Positions 33,217 through 45,716 of a stretch of 64,000 nucleotides of DNA are shown here, piece after piece. The first letter of the stretch is position 1. The number at the start of each line of letters is the position of its first letter. Under the pieces are notes generated by a model. The model made no database searches. It saw nothing but the letters and a program-made list of their open reading frames with translations, and was not told the DNA's origin. Position numbers and translations under genes: made by a program. This DNA is from Chthoniobacteraceae bacterium (GTDB lineage: Bacteria; Verrucomicrobiota; Verrucomicrobiia; Chthoniobacterales; Chthoniobacteraceae). Location of the stretch: contig JBGAPP010000017.1 of NCBI GenBank assembly GCA_044221185.1, positions 4,018 to 68,017 on the forward strand. Reading direction: 5' to 3'.

Positions 33217-34742
33217 ACGCGTTCCTCCACCGCTTCGCGTGGCCGGCAGCGATCCTCGTCGCGTGGTCGCTCACGTGGCTGCACCTCGCGCACGACTGGG
33301 CGGCGGACGAGCAATACCGATTCGGATTCGGTGTCCCGCTGCTCGCGGCATGGATCGCATGGCGGCGGCTCCCCGGACCACTCGCGCCTCCGCGGACCGG
33401 CGCAGTGTGGTGGATTGCGGTGATGCTTTCCTTTGCGCTGCTGGCGATGGGTGCCGCGCTGTCGTGGCACGATCCACTCTGGCGTCTCACGGGAACGCTC
33501 CTTCAGTCAGGAGCCACAATCCTCACTATCGCTTGGCTGCAGCGCGCGGGCGGAAGGCCGCTGGTTTGCAGACAGCTTTTCCCCCTGCTTTTCGCCGCGC
33601 TCGCCGTGCCGTGGCCGGTGCCGGTGGAACTCTGGACCATCCGCCATCTCGCATCGGCCGTCACCGACATCGCCGTGTCGGCTGCAAACCTCGCGGGCAT
33701 TCCGGCGCTCCAGCACGGCAACACCGTCGAGCTGACCACCGGCGCTGTCGGAGTGGACGAGGCATGCAGCGGAATCCAGTCGCTCCAAGCCGCACTCATG
33801 GCGTCGCTGTTTCTCGGCGAATTCTTCATGCTGAAACCCGCGCGCCGACTGGCGCTCGTCGCCGCCGGGGCAGCGCTCGCCTTCATCGCAAATTGCACAC
33901 GGGTGTTTGCGCTCACCGTCGTCGCGCACAGGCACGGTGGCAACGTGTCGGATGGCTGGCATGACTTCGTTGGCGGCACGGCGACATGCCTCATCTTCGC
34001 GCTGCTCCTCGTCACCGCACTGTTCCTCGCGCGCGGAAGCACCCCGGCGACACAGCCACGCGCTTCCTCCATCACCACGCCGATGCCGGAAGGAATCGCA
34101 GTCCTTGCTATCGCGATCGCAATCCCCGTCGCGGCACGCGTCTGGTTTTCACGCTACGACAGCTCGGCCGGAGATCCGAGGGCGCAGCCTGCGCTGGCAA
34201 TCTCGGTGGAGCATCTGCCGCAGGGATGGACCTCCGAACGCATCGCCTCCGCCAAGTCCACCCGCGCGCTGCTTCGCTTCAGCGAATGGCAGTCGTTCGC
34301 CGTGCGCAATGCGGAGGGCGCCACCGCGCAAATCATCCGCCTCGCATGGGATGCCCACGCGCGCACTCCGGCATTCGCCACGAACCACACGCCCGCCATC
34401 TGCATGCCCGCGGCGGGATGGACGCTGCAGGAGCCGCCGTCCCTTCTCACCCTCGAGATCCGCGGCACCGAGCTGCCGTGCGCCGCGTATCCGTTCGCAC
34501 GCGGCGGCACGCGCATCCTCGCGCTGCAAGTCCTCTCCGCCGGCGGCTGCCTCGAAAAGCGCCTCGTGGACCCTGCGCAAATCCCCGGCACCTTCCGAAG
34601 GCTAGCGACTCTCTGGCAGGAGCCGCTGCGGCAAATCACCGAGGAGCTGCTGCTCTACTTGCCGGACCCGCTCGATCTCGGAGCGCGAAAAGCAGCGGCC
34701 TCTTCATTCCTCGAAGCGCTGCTCGTCCCGCTGCCGCGCTGA
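33213..34742 (+). CDS. Exosortase fused to a C-terminal EpsI-family domain
   Basis: Polytopic N-terminal half with DEACSGIQSL (catalytic Cys motif) and NCTRVFALTVVAHRHG (conserved Arg/His). C-terminal half has LPQGW... and HTPAICMPAAGW, as in EpsI-family proteins. Confidence 0.85.
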   Translation: MNAFLHRFAWPAAILVAWSLTWLHLAHDWAADEQYRFGFGVPLLAAWIAWRRLPGPLAPPRTGAVWWIAVMLSFALLAMGAALSWHDPLWRLTGTLLQSGATILTIAWLQRAGGRPLVCRQLFPLLFAALAVPWPVPVELWTIRHLASAVTDIAVSAANLAGIPALQHGNTVELTTGAVGVDEACSGIQSLQAALMASLFLGEFFMLKPARRLALVAAGAALAFIANCTRVFALTVVAHRHGGNVSDGWHDFVGGTATCLIFALLLVTALFLARGSTPATQPRASSITTPMPEGIAVLAIAIAIPVAARVWFSRYDSSAGDPRAQPALAISVEHLPQGWTSERIASAKSTRALLRFSEWQSFAVRNAEGATAQIIRLAWDAHARTPAFATNHTPAICMPAAGWTLQEPPSLLTLEIRGTELPCAAYPFARGGTRILALQVLSAGGCLEKRLVDPAQIPGTFRRLATLWQEPLRQITEELLLYLPDPLDLGARKAAASSFLEALLVPLPR

Positions 34743-36635
34743 TCACGGCCTCGGCGCCGACGCTGCACCGATTTCACCAGCCCTCTTTTCAAAGGCCGCA
34801 CGCAACGCGGCATCGCCGCGCGCTGCGACAGGCGCGAGTTCCTCGATGCGCCCCTTCGCCTCTGCGGGCGGCACTTGGAAGAACCAATCCATCTGCAGCC
34901 TGTCGCGACCGCTGGCGATCTGCAGCAGACGCGCGCGGAAGGCCGCGTCGTTTGGCGCCGAACGGATCATCGTCGCGAAAAGACCCGCGTCGTCCGGGGC
35001 TCGCACACGCCGCAGCGCCTCTCCCCATGCGGCAAGCGCGAGTTCGGGCTGGATGCGCAGCCAGAAGCGGCCCTCGTCATACGGCAGCATCGCGTAGTGA
35101 GGCTCCAGCAGGCGCGCCCGGCGGAAATCGGCCAGTGACTCGATGATCTTCCCCTGGCAGCCGAGCGCCACGGCGCGCGTGAAATGCGGATGCCAGTCGA
35201 GAGGCGCGCGAACGATCGCGCGGTTCGCGCGGACCACCGCGGCGGAGAATTTCCCATCGCGGGCGAGAGCCTCCGCACGCACCGCGTCTTCGGGCAAATT
35301 CAGCCACCACGCCGCGAGCGCGACCAGCGCCAGCCCGATTCCACGCCAGAGCGGCGCCGCTGCGCGCGAAGGGACCAGCGCGGCTGCATCCCTGCGAGAG
35401 AGCGTGAGGACAAATGTCGCAGCAAGGACGGAGCCGAGCCTGTGGCCGGGCACATCCACGAACCCGTGCATCACCGCCGCGACTGCCGCCGCGACCGCCG
35501 CACCGCGGAGCCGCCGCTGCGTGCCGCGCTCCAGCGGAAACGTGCCCGACACCGCAACAGCGAACGCGGTGAGCGCGAGGGCGACAGCCAGCCAGCCGCA
35601 TTCGGCGGCGAGCTGGAGCCAGTCGCTCTCCGGATGCAGCACCGTGGACTGGATCACGGACTCATTCCGGAAAAATGGAAACAGCGCGCGGAAATTCCCC
35701 AGCCCCACACCGCACCACGGCGACGCGGAGATGAGTGCGGCGGTGTCCTTCCAAATCTTGAAGCGGAAACCCTCCCCCGAGTCCGCGCCGCCCGCGAACC
35801 GCGCTGCAATCGGTCCGCCGAAAACCAGCACCGCCGAGACTGCGACGCAAATCGCCGACAGGCCAAGCAGCAGGATTTTCCAAGAGCGGCGCGTCCACGC
35901 GACTGCGGCATTCCAGAGGCCGAGCGCGCAGAAGAACATCAGCACGCCGCCGCGCGAATACGTCACCGCGAGCGCTGCGAGAATCACGGCGGAAACCAGC
36001 AGCCACGGCAGCCCGCGCAGCACGCCCCGGCGCATCGCATCCGCAGAACAGCCCACGGCGAGCACGCCGCCGAGCGCGAGCACATGCGCGGTGTGGTTGC
36101 GGTTGGGAAACGGTCCGCGGCCGACGTCGGAAAGCCATCCCGGCGGACGCCAGCCGGTCCGCCACTGCACGAGCGAGAACACCGCGAGCACGCCGAAGCC
36201 GAGAGCTAACGTCCGGGCCGCAAGCCGTCGCGAAGCGGAGTCCCACGGGCTCGCCAGCAGCCATGCCGTCCACGCGATGCCGGCGGCGAGCAGCAGCCAT
36301 GATTCGAGCGTGAGCTGCGGCTGCGGCGAAAGCGTCGAAGGCAGCGCAATGCCCGCATCCTGCACGGCTTCACGCCATGGTGACGCGCGGAACCACGCAG
36401 TCGGGAGAGCGCCCGACACGGCGACCGCAAGCAACCCCACGGCCGCGAGGCTCCACCTTCGCTCCGGCCATGCCTGCGGCGGCGCGGCGACGATCAGCGC
36501 GCCGATTGCCGCGAGCACGATCGCCTGCGGCACGCGCTGCGTCGCGCCACCCGTGAAGACTGCGGCGACAATGACGACCACCGCGAGCACGCGGGCCGGA
36601 ACTTGGAAAAGGGGGTTGGACTTCGCCTCGCTCAT
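34743..36635 (-). CDS. O-antigen ligase/polymerase-like (Wzy_C) membrane protein with a C-terminal TPR-like domain
   Basis: ORF 34743..36671; I prefer the ATG at 36635 (MSEAKSNPLF...). More than 10 TM segments with ...YSRGGVLMF... and HPESDWLQLAAECGWLAV. The stop codon abuts the exosortase stop (tgatca at 34740-34745). Confidence 0.7.
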   Translation of the reverse strand: MSEAKSNPLFQVPARVLAVVVIVAAVFTGGATQRVPQAIVLAAIGALIVAAPPQAWPERRWSLAAVGLLAVAVSGALPTAWFRASPWREAVQDAGIALPSTLSPQPQLTLESWLLLAAGIAWTAWLLASPWDSASRRLAARTLALGFGVLAVFSLVQWRTGWRPPGWLSDVGRGPFPNRNHTAHVLALGGVLAVGCSADAMRRGVLRGLPWLLVSAVILAALAVTYSRGGVLMFFCALGLWNAAVAWTRRSWKILLLGLSAICVAVSAVLVFGGPIAARFAGGADSGEGFRFKIWKDTAALISASPWCGVGLGNFRALFPFFRNESVIQSTVLHPESDWLQLAAECGWLAVALALTAFAVAVSGTFPLERGTQRRLRGAAVAAAVAAVMHGFVDVPGHRLGSVLAATFVLTLSRRDAAALVPSRAAAPLWRGIGLALVALAAWWLNLPEDAVRAEALARDGKFSAAVVRANRAIVRAPLDWHPHFTRAVALGCQGKIIESLADFRRARLLEPHYAMLPYDEGRFWLRIQPELALAAWGEALRRVRAPDDAGLFATMIRSAPNDAAFRARLLQIASGRDRLQMDWFFQVPPAEAKGRIEELAPVAARGDAALRAAFEKRAGEIGAASAPRP

Positions 36636-36695
36636 GCGATGCGCGGCACTCAACCACAGTCTGCGGTGCAATTGCCAACCCCAACGCGCCGCCCG

Positions 36696-38717
36696 CTAGA
36701 ACGCGAAGCCGAAGCTCAGGTGAAATGCTCCTGACGCCTCACCATTCCGGCGGCTAGGATTGTAGCCGTAGTCAATCCGCAGCGGGCCGATGGGGAGCTG
36801 GTAACGCAGGCCGGCACCGACGGCATAGCGCATGTCTTCGAGCGACACCGTGGAGCTGCTGAGCAGGTTGCCCGCATCGGCGAAGAGCGCGCCGCTCAGC
36901 GCGCCTGTGATGGGGTAGTTCCACTCCGCGTTGAAGACGGTGTAATACTCGCCGCCGAGCGGGTTGTTGCCCGCGTCCTTCGGCCCGAGCTTGCGCTCGG
37001 CGAAGCTGCGCACAGTCGTGCCGCCGCCGTTGAAGAAGCGCAGGTCAATGGGCACATCCGTCCCGCCATCCAGCGGAATGATCCAGCCCGCGCGCGCGCC
37101 GAGCGCGAGCAGTGACTTTCCGAATGTGCGATACCACGAGTAGCGCACCGTCGCCCGCGCGAATGCGATGCGGCCGTCGAGCGCGTCGATGTCGCCCGAG
37201 GTCGTGAGCACCCATCCGCGTGTGGGGCCCATCGTGTCGTTGCGGAAATCGAGCGTCTGCGTGAGGCCCACGCCTGTGAGCGTGTAGTCCGCCGGGCCCG
37301 CGAGCCGGGGATCGATGTCGAGGTCGGTGATGCGCGTCTTTTCAAAAACCGTGTAGCCGCCGACCTCCCAGTGCCGCGTGAGCTTCCGGGCAAGTTCGAC
37401 GCGCGCGCCGCCGGATGACTTCGAGTAGCCCAGCTCGTCGCGGAACTGCGAGTAGATCTTCGCCCGCAGCGCCCAGCGCGTGTCGAACAGCCACGGGTTC
37501 ACGTAGAGCAGCTCGCCGCGGAAGCCGCGCTGCGAATACTGCAGGCTCAGCGAGAGCGGACGGCCATGGCGGAGGAAATTCCGGTCGCCCAGCGTGACAC
37601 CCGCGGAGACTCCGTCGTAGGTGCCGTAGCCGAGTTCAAAGCCGAGTTCCTTCGCCTTCGCCTCCTCCACCTCGACTTCGAGATTCAGCGAATCGGCGCC
37701 ATCCTGCACAGGCCGCACACGAAGGCCCTTGAAGAGCCCCGTCTTGATCATCTCGCGGTAGCGCTCCTCGAGTTTCTCCGGGTCGTAGATTTTGCCGGTG
37801 AACGACTCGAAGCGCTTCTCGATGAATTCCGGCGGGAGACGATCCGTTCCGCTCGGCAGCACCTTGCCCACGCGGAACCGCGCACCCGCCTCGCACACAA
37901 ACGTGATCGGCACGCGGCCGTGGATGGCGCGCGCGCGGTCCGCACGCACCTCGACCTTCGCGGCAAAAAATCCCTTCGAGCGAAGGAACCCGCGCAGCGT
38001 GCGCTGCAGCTCATCCGCGATGAACGGCGTGAACGGCGCGCCGTCCTTCAGCGTGAACGCGCCGAGCAGCTCCTCGCGCTGCAGCACCGGACGGCCTGTG
38101 AAAATGAATTCGCCCAGCAGGTATTTCTTCCCCTCGCTAATCCGCACGACGAGATCGGCGCTCTTCCCGCTGGCGCTGAGGCGCGTCGCGGAAAGGTCCA
38201 CGACGGCGTCGAGAAATCCCTCCGACTGATAGAACGCGATGAGTCGCTCCACTCCCGCGACGACCTCGCTGTCGTTGAACGGCAGCTTCGACTCCGCGAT
38301 ATTTTCGGGCGCGACGCCGACCATGTAGTCGGCGAGCTTCTTGTCGTCGAAGGCGGCGGCGCCCACGAACTTCAGCGACTGCACGAAGGTCCGCGTGCCC
38401 TCGCGCACTTTCAGCACAAGGCTCGAGCCACGGACTTCGTAGGTGACCTCCGCGGACGGGAAGCCCTGCTTCCGGTAAAACGACCCGAGGAACCATGCCG
38501 CGTCGTCCGCACGCGCGGGCGTGAGTCCCGATGCCGCGATTTCACCGAGCTGCTCGGCGAGCGCCGCGCGGAGCTTCTGCTCGGTGAAACTGGTCGCTCC
38601 GGGAAAAGTCACGTCCGCCTCCGCGCCGAAGGCCGCACCCAAAACAATGCCGGCCGCGGCCGCGAGCACAGCCGCACGCCATCGGATTTTTTTCGCAGTC
38701 ATCGCACCGTCCATCAT
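36696..38717 (-). CDS. Omp85-family outer-membrane protein (TamA/BamA-like; POTRA repeats + surface-antigen barrel)
   Basis: 673 aa with a signal peptide. POTRA-like repeats (...VTFPGATSFTEQKLR..., ...LKFVGAAAFDDKKL..., ...FIFTGRPVLQREEL...). Barrel ends ...GAFHLSFGFAF. Confidence 0.85.
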   Translation of the reverse strand: MMDGAMTAKKIRWRAAVLAAAAGIVLGAAFGAEADVTFPGATSFTEQKLRAALAEQLGEIAASGLTPARADDAAWFLGSFYRKQGFPSAEVTYEVRGSSLVLKVREGTRTFVQSLKFVGAAAFDDKKLADYMVGVAPENIAESKLPFNDSEVVAGVERLIAFYQSEGFLDAVVDLSATRLSASGKSADLVVRISEGKKYLLGEFIFTGRPVLQREELLGAFTLKDGAPFTPFIADELQRTLRGFLRSKGFFAAKVEVRADRARAIHGRVPITFVCEAGARFRVGKVLPSGTDRLPPEFIEKRFESFTGKIYDPEKLEERYREMIKTGLFKGLRVRPVQDGADSLNLEVEVEEAKAKELGFELGYGTYDGVSAGVTLGDRNFLRHGRPLSLSLQYSQRGFRGELLYVNPWLFDTRWALRAKIYSQFRDELGYSKSSGGARVELARKLTRHWEVGGYTVFEKTRITDLDIDPRLAGPADYTLTGVGLTQTLDFRNDTMGPTRGWVLTTSGDIDALDGRIAFARATVRYSWYRTFGKSLLALGARAGWIIPLDGGTDVPIDLRFFNGGGTTVRSFAERKLGPKDAGNNPLGGEYYTVFNAEWNYPITGALSGALFADAGNLLSSSTVSLEDMRYAVGAGLRYQLPIGPLRIDYGYNPSRRNGEASGAFHLSFGFAF

Positions 38718-41700
38718 CGGAAACGCAGCAGGTATTTCACTTTGCCCGTGAACTGCCCCTCGGTGTCGAGCTCGCCGAGGAAATACACTTTGTCCGTCAT
38801 GCGGACGCTCGCCTCCACATCGGGGCGGCCGGTCTTTGGATCGACATTGCTCACATCGAGATCGAAGCGGTCCATGAACGACTCCTGCCCCTCGGCAGCG
38901 GGCTCGTCGGCGCCCTTCTTGAACGTCTTGCGATACCAGCGCTTCACCGTCAGCAGCGCGGCCTTCGACGCGAGCGCGCTCGCATTCGATCCGATCTCGC
39001 CGCTCGTCGTGCCCGTCGCGAGCAGCGAGAGGATGTCCTTCTGCGGAAGCGGCGGCTCGCTCTCGAGTTCGAGGCGCGGCGCGGTGGCTGGACCGGAAAT
39101 GCTCGTCTTCACGGTGTTCTTCCCGATGCGCGACTGCGCCTGGATGTCGAGCACCGGCTGGAATGGATCATCCTCGGAAAACGTCACGACTCCGCGCTGC
39201 ACCTCGAGTTTGCTCACCGGCAGCACGGCGTTGAAGCTCTCAATCTGCACCTGGCCGGTGAGGAACGGATTCAGGCCGTTGCCGCCGAGCCGGAGATTCA
39301 GCGCCGCCGCGCCCTTCGCCGCATTTCCCCGGATGAGGAATGCGTCGTTCTCACGCGTCTTGAGCGCGATGTCGAATTTCCAGTCGCGCAGCGGCGGATT
39401 CGGAAACGACACGCGCACCGGCGTGGAGACCGAGCGCGCCTGCGGCACCTTCTTTCCCGGCAGCACGATGGGCAGGATGTCCACGTCCTTCAAAAAGCGG
39501 CTCTGCGTGACATAGACGGTGCCCGCGGCGGTCGCGGCGCTCAGCGGGCCCTTCAGCGTCACGTCCGCATCGGTGCGCACGGTGATGGATTCATCGCGCA
39601 GCACGAGGATCTTGTTCGAGCGGAGGCGCAGGTCGAAGGCGGCCTTCACGATGTTCACGCTGCCGTCGAGGTTGAAAGTGCCGCCGCCGATTTCGCCGCG
39701 CGTGTCGCGGAGCGCGACGGTGTCCTCGTGCAGGACGAACCTGGCGTTGAAATTGGAAACCGGCGGCAGCGCACCCGAGGCGAGGCGCAGTGATTTCGCC
39801 GCGAGTGAAACCTCACCACCCACCACGGGCTTTGCGACCGTGCCGCGGACTTCCACATTCGCCGCGAGCGTGCCTTCCAGCTTTGCGATCGCGGGCACGA
39901 AACGCGGGACCACGCCGAGCGATGTCGCGGGGAGCTTCACCGCGACCGAGAGCGGCAGTTCGCGCAGAAGCTCCGGCTGCGCGCGCAGCTTCTCCACGTC
40001 AAACGGCAGCGACGCGGCCACCGTGAGCGGCTGGATGTCCCGCTGCCGTGCGACCGCATCGAGAGCGAGTCGCGAGTCGGCGATGCTCAGTTTCAAGTCC
40101 ACATCCGCGGGCGCGACGGAGCTGGCTTTCGGGCTCTTCACGCCGCGCGCGGTCACGCTGAGCTTCACATCCGGCTTGGCGAGCGCGCCGCCGGCCGCGA
40201 GGTCGAACGACACCCGGCCCGCGACAGGCTCCGGCACACCGACGCCCGCGAGCAGCCGTGCGATGTCCACATTCCTGCCGCTGAACTGCACCCGCACCGG
40301 CTGGTCGAATGGAACGGGACCGTTCGGATTTTTCGGGTCCAGAGAAATGGACGCGCTGCCCGCGACGGCCTGCTCGCCGGCGACCGTGATGGCAAAATCC
40401 GAGAGGTCGAGAAGGCCCGCCTTCCACCGGACGCGCCCGCCGAGCTTCGTTTTGTCCGCGACCACGAGCAGTTCATCGGTCTCCACCTGCTCCGGCGAAT
40501 ACGCGACGCCGAGTCGCACCTCGTTCAGCGTGAGCGCGTCGTGCCGCACGTTCTTCGCGCCCATGCGCAGCTTGCCGCTGTGCGTCATGTCCGCGAGCCG
40601 GCCTTCGCCTGACCAATCGAACGTGAGCGAGCCGCCGAGCTTGGCCTGATGCCCGGCGGCAGCGAGCAGGGCGTCGAGCTTGCCGAGGCTCGGGAGATTC
40701 ACGTGCAGTTCGGCGGTGTAGGAAAGCGGAGCGTCGAGCGAGACACGGCCCTGCGCGGTGATTTCACCGGCATCGGCGACTGCGACTTTCAGCGACTCGA
40801 GGACCGCCGCGCCGTTTTCAAACTTCACCTGTGCGCGGAAGCCACCGGCAGGTGCTTTTCCGAGCTGCAGGTCCGCACCGTCCGCGACGAGGCCGCCGAC
40901 CACCCGCATGCCGTCGATCTGCACCGTGCCCTTCAAATTCAGCGCGCCCGAGAGCGCGGCGCCATTCACCGTGATGCCGAACTGCTCCAACCGCGGCGCT
41001 GCGATGAGCAACTCCAGCGCAGGCGGGCTCGCGAATCCGGCGGCGCCGGGCTTCAGCGTGGTGCGGCCGGAACCGGAGAGGCGGTTTTCCCCACTCGTCA
41101 CGCTGAACTGCTCGATGCTCGCATTCTGCCCGTCGAGTTTCCCCTGCACGGACAGTGTGTCCACGCGGACGCCGTTGGCTCTCACGCCCTTCGCGTCGAA
41201 GGACAGGTTCGCAGTGAGACTCGCGAGGATGTCGGCGAACGACTCGATCTTCCGCCGCGCGTCGATGCGGAACGTCGCGGAATCCACCTGTGCCGGACCC
41301 TGCACGAGCTTCATCGCCTCGATGTCGCCCGTCGTGTGCGCCACGCCGTTTTCAAATCGCAGCCGGCCCGCGCCCGAGAGCGCTCCGCGGATGGCGGGCA
41401 CGTCCTGGATGCGCAGCGTGGTGAGGTCCGGCGCAGAAATCCGCCACGTGATTTCGCCACTGAATTTCGACGGCGTGAAATCGTGCAGCGGGGCGTTCAA
41501 AGTGCCGCCGATGCGGAGGTCCACGCCGGACGAGGACGCCGTGAGCTCTGAAATGGCGAGCGTGCCGCCGGTCAGCTTCGCCGCACCGCGCACCAGCGCC
41601 GCGGGGAAGACGGCCTTTTCATCCATGCGGAAAACGAAGCCGACATCCGCGGTGGAGGTGTCGAGCTTCTCGGGCTTGCCGGTGAACTTCGCGTGGAAAC

Positions 41701-42598
41701 TCTCGATGGCCGCGGGCGCCGGCAGGTCCACGCCGAAGGATGCGGTCACATCGTTCAGCCGCACCTTGTCCACGTCCACCGACACATCGAGCGCGTCGGC
41801 TGTGCGCGACGGCTCGACCTTCAGCCCCGCGGTGCCGCCGCCCGCTTCGAGGAAAATCTCGAGGCCACCGCGCGGCAGCGTGGGCGTGACGTGGTTGAGC
41901 GACAGGCGCCGCACGACGATTTCCGGCAGCAGGTCGAGCTTCGCGATGGAGAAGGTGGTTTCGCTCGCGACGAGTTCCGCGTGCGCCGGGCCGAAGTCCG
42001 GAAAGCCGACCACGTGAATTTTCTCCCACCCGATGTGGCCCGGCTGCCGGTTGCTCATCTCCACCTGCAGGCCGCGGAGCGCGGCCACGTCCTTCACCTC
42101 CAAATCAACGCGGCCCACCGAGAGCTGCTCCACCGGCGAGAGCGACTGCGAGAGCACCTTCTCGAAGACTTCGGCAACCGGCGTCTTGGGCTCGGCGGCT
42201 TTTTCAGACGGCTGCACGGTGATGACGCCATCCAGCGAGCCGACTTGGACGCGGCGCACCACACGCGGCCAGTCAGCGCGGACTACTTTCCACAGATCAT
42301 ATTCCACCGCGATGCGGTCGAGCTTCAGCCGCTCGACAGGCGCCGGGCCCTGGCCATCCGCACGGATGGAAACATCGAGAATCTCCACCTTGCTCCACAA
42401 GTTCCCCGCGATGCGGAGGTCCAGCACCATGTGCTCCCGCGCCGCAAACCAGATCGCCGCCCGGCGCGCGACGAAGTGCAGCAGCGGCCGGTGAACGACG
42501 ACAAGGACCAGCAGCGTCCAAAGCATCCACTTCCCAATCCGCCGCAGCCAGCCGCGGCGTTTCGTGCGGAGCGGGTTGTGGCTCGGTTGGGACGGCAT
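38714..42598 (-). CDS. tamB: Translocation and assembly module protein TamB-like (N-terminal anchor, long beta-rich body, C-terminal DUF490-like region)
   Basis: 1294 aa. WMLWTLLVLVVVH anchor. C-terminus ...VTFSEDDPFQPVLDIQAQSRIGKNTVKTSISGPATAPRLELESEPPLPQKDILSLLATG... 4-nt overlap with the Omp85 gene. Confidence 0.8.
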   Translation of the reverse strand: MPSQPSHNPLRTKRRGWLRRIGKWMLWTLLVLVVVHRPLLHFVARRAAIWFAAREHMVLDLRIAGNLWSKVEILDVSIRADGQGPAPVERLKLDRIAVEYDLWKVVRADWPRVVRRVQVGSLDGVITVQPSEKAAEPKTPVAEVFEKVLSQSLSPVEQLSVGRVDLEVKDVAALRGLQVEMSNRQPGHIGWEKIHVVGFPDFGPAHAELVASETTFSIAKLDLLPEIVVRRLSLNHVTPTLPRGGLEIFLEAGGGTAGLKVEPSRTADALDVSVDVDKVRLNDVTASFGVDLPAPAAIESFHAKFTGKPEKLDTSTADVGFVFRMDEKAVFPAALVRGAAKLTGGTLAISELTASSSGVDLRIGGTLNAPLHDFTPSKFSGEITWRISAPDLTTLRIQDVPAIRGALSGAGRLRFENGVAHTTGDIEAMKLVQGPAQVDSATFRIDARRKIESFADILASLTANLSFDAKGVRANGVRVDTLSVQGKLDGQNASIEQFSVTSGENRLSGSGRTTLKPGAAGFASPPALELLIAAPRLEQFGITVNGAALSGALNLKGTVQIDGMRVVGGLVADGADLQLGKAPAGGFRAQVKFENGAAVLESLKVAVADAGEITAQGRVSLDAPLSYTAELHVNLPSLGKLDALLAAAGHQAKLGGSLTFDWSGEGRLADMTHSGKLRMGAKNVRHDALTLNEVRLGVAYSPEQVETDELLVVADKTKLGGRVRWKAGLLDLSDFAITVAGEQAVAGSASISLDPKNPNGPVPFDQPVRVQFSGRNVDIARLLAGVGVPEPVAGRVSFDLAAGGALAKPDVKLSVTARGVKSPKASSVAPADVDLKLSIADSRLALDAVARQRDIQPLTVAASLPFDVEKLRAQPELLRELPLSVAVKLPATSLGVVPRFVPAIAKLEGTLAANVEVRGTVAKPVVGGEVSLAAKSLRLASGALPPVSNFNARFVLHEDTVALRDTRGEIGGGTFNLDGSVNIVKAAFDLRLRSNKILVLRDESITVRTDADVTLKGPLSAATAAGTVYVTQSRFLKDVDILPIVLPGKKVPQARSVSTPVRVSFPNPPLRDWKFDIALKTRENDAFLIRGNAAKGAAALNLRLGGNGLNPFLTGQVQIESFNAVLPVSKLEVQRGVVTFSEDDPFQPVLDIQAQSRIGKNTVKTSISGPATAPRLELESEPPLPQKDILSLLATGTTSGEIGSNASALASKAALLTVKRWYRKTFKKGADEPAAEGQESFMDRFDLDVSNVDPKTGRPDVEASVRMTDKVYFLGELDTEGQFTGKVKYLLRFR

Positions 42599-42782
42599 GG
42601 GCGGCGGATGCTACCTGCGGATACCCATTCAGCAAATTCATACCCTTATTTTCCCCGTAAAATCCCTTTGCACCCCTTGCACGCTATGGCATAGAGCGCG
42701 CCCCTTTTTCGCCCGGCTGGAGACCCCCGTGCCGCGGGGCGCGATGATTTAACCAAACTCCAAACACAACACACACACGCCA

Positions 42783-45560
<2,778 letters not shown>

Positions 45561-45586
45561 TCCGCGCCGACGGAAACATTCACGAA

Positions 45587-45618
45587 AGCCGCCGTGGGAA
45601 ACCGCGGCGGCCTTTTCG
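45587..45618 (+). terminator. Rho-independent terminator after ppdK
   Basis: gccgccgtgg, loop gaaa, ccgcggcggc (one mismatch), followed by cttttcgttgtt. Confidence 0.75.
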
Positions 45619-45716
45619 TTGTTCCAAACTCGCTGGATCGCCGCACGGACTGCGTCGCGGCTCTTGAACATTTTGCTCGCCCGCGCGGAAAACACGCGCA
45701 CGATGCCGCCACTCGT

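Noticed and set aside
35143-36699. 518-aa plus-strand ORF and other shadows over the O-antigen-ligase-like gene
   Set aside because: It is Ser/Ala/Arg/Thr-rich with no TM pattern, whereas the opposite strand encodes a coherent polytopic membrane protein.
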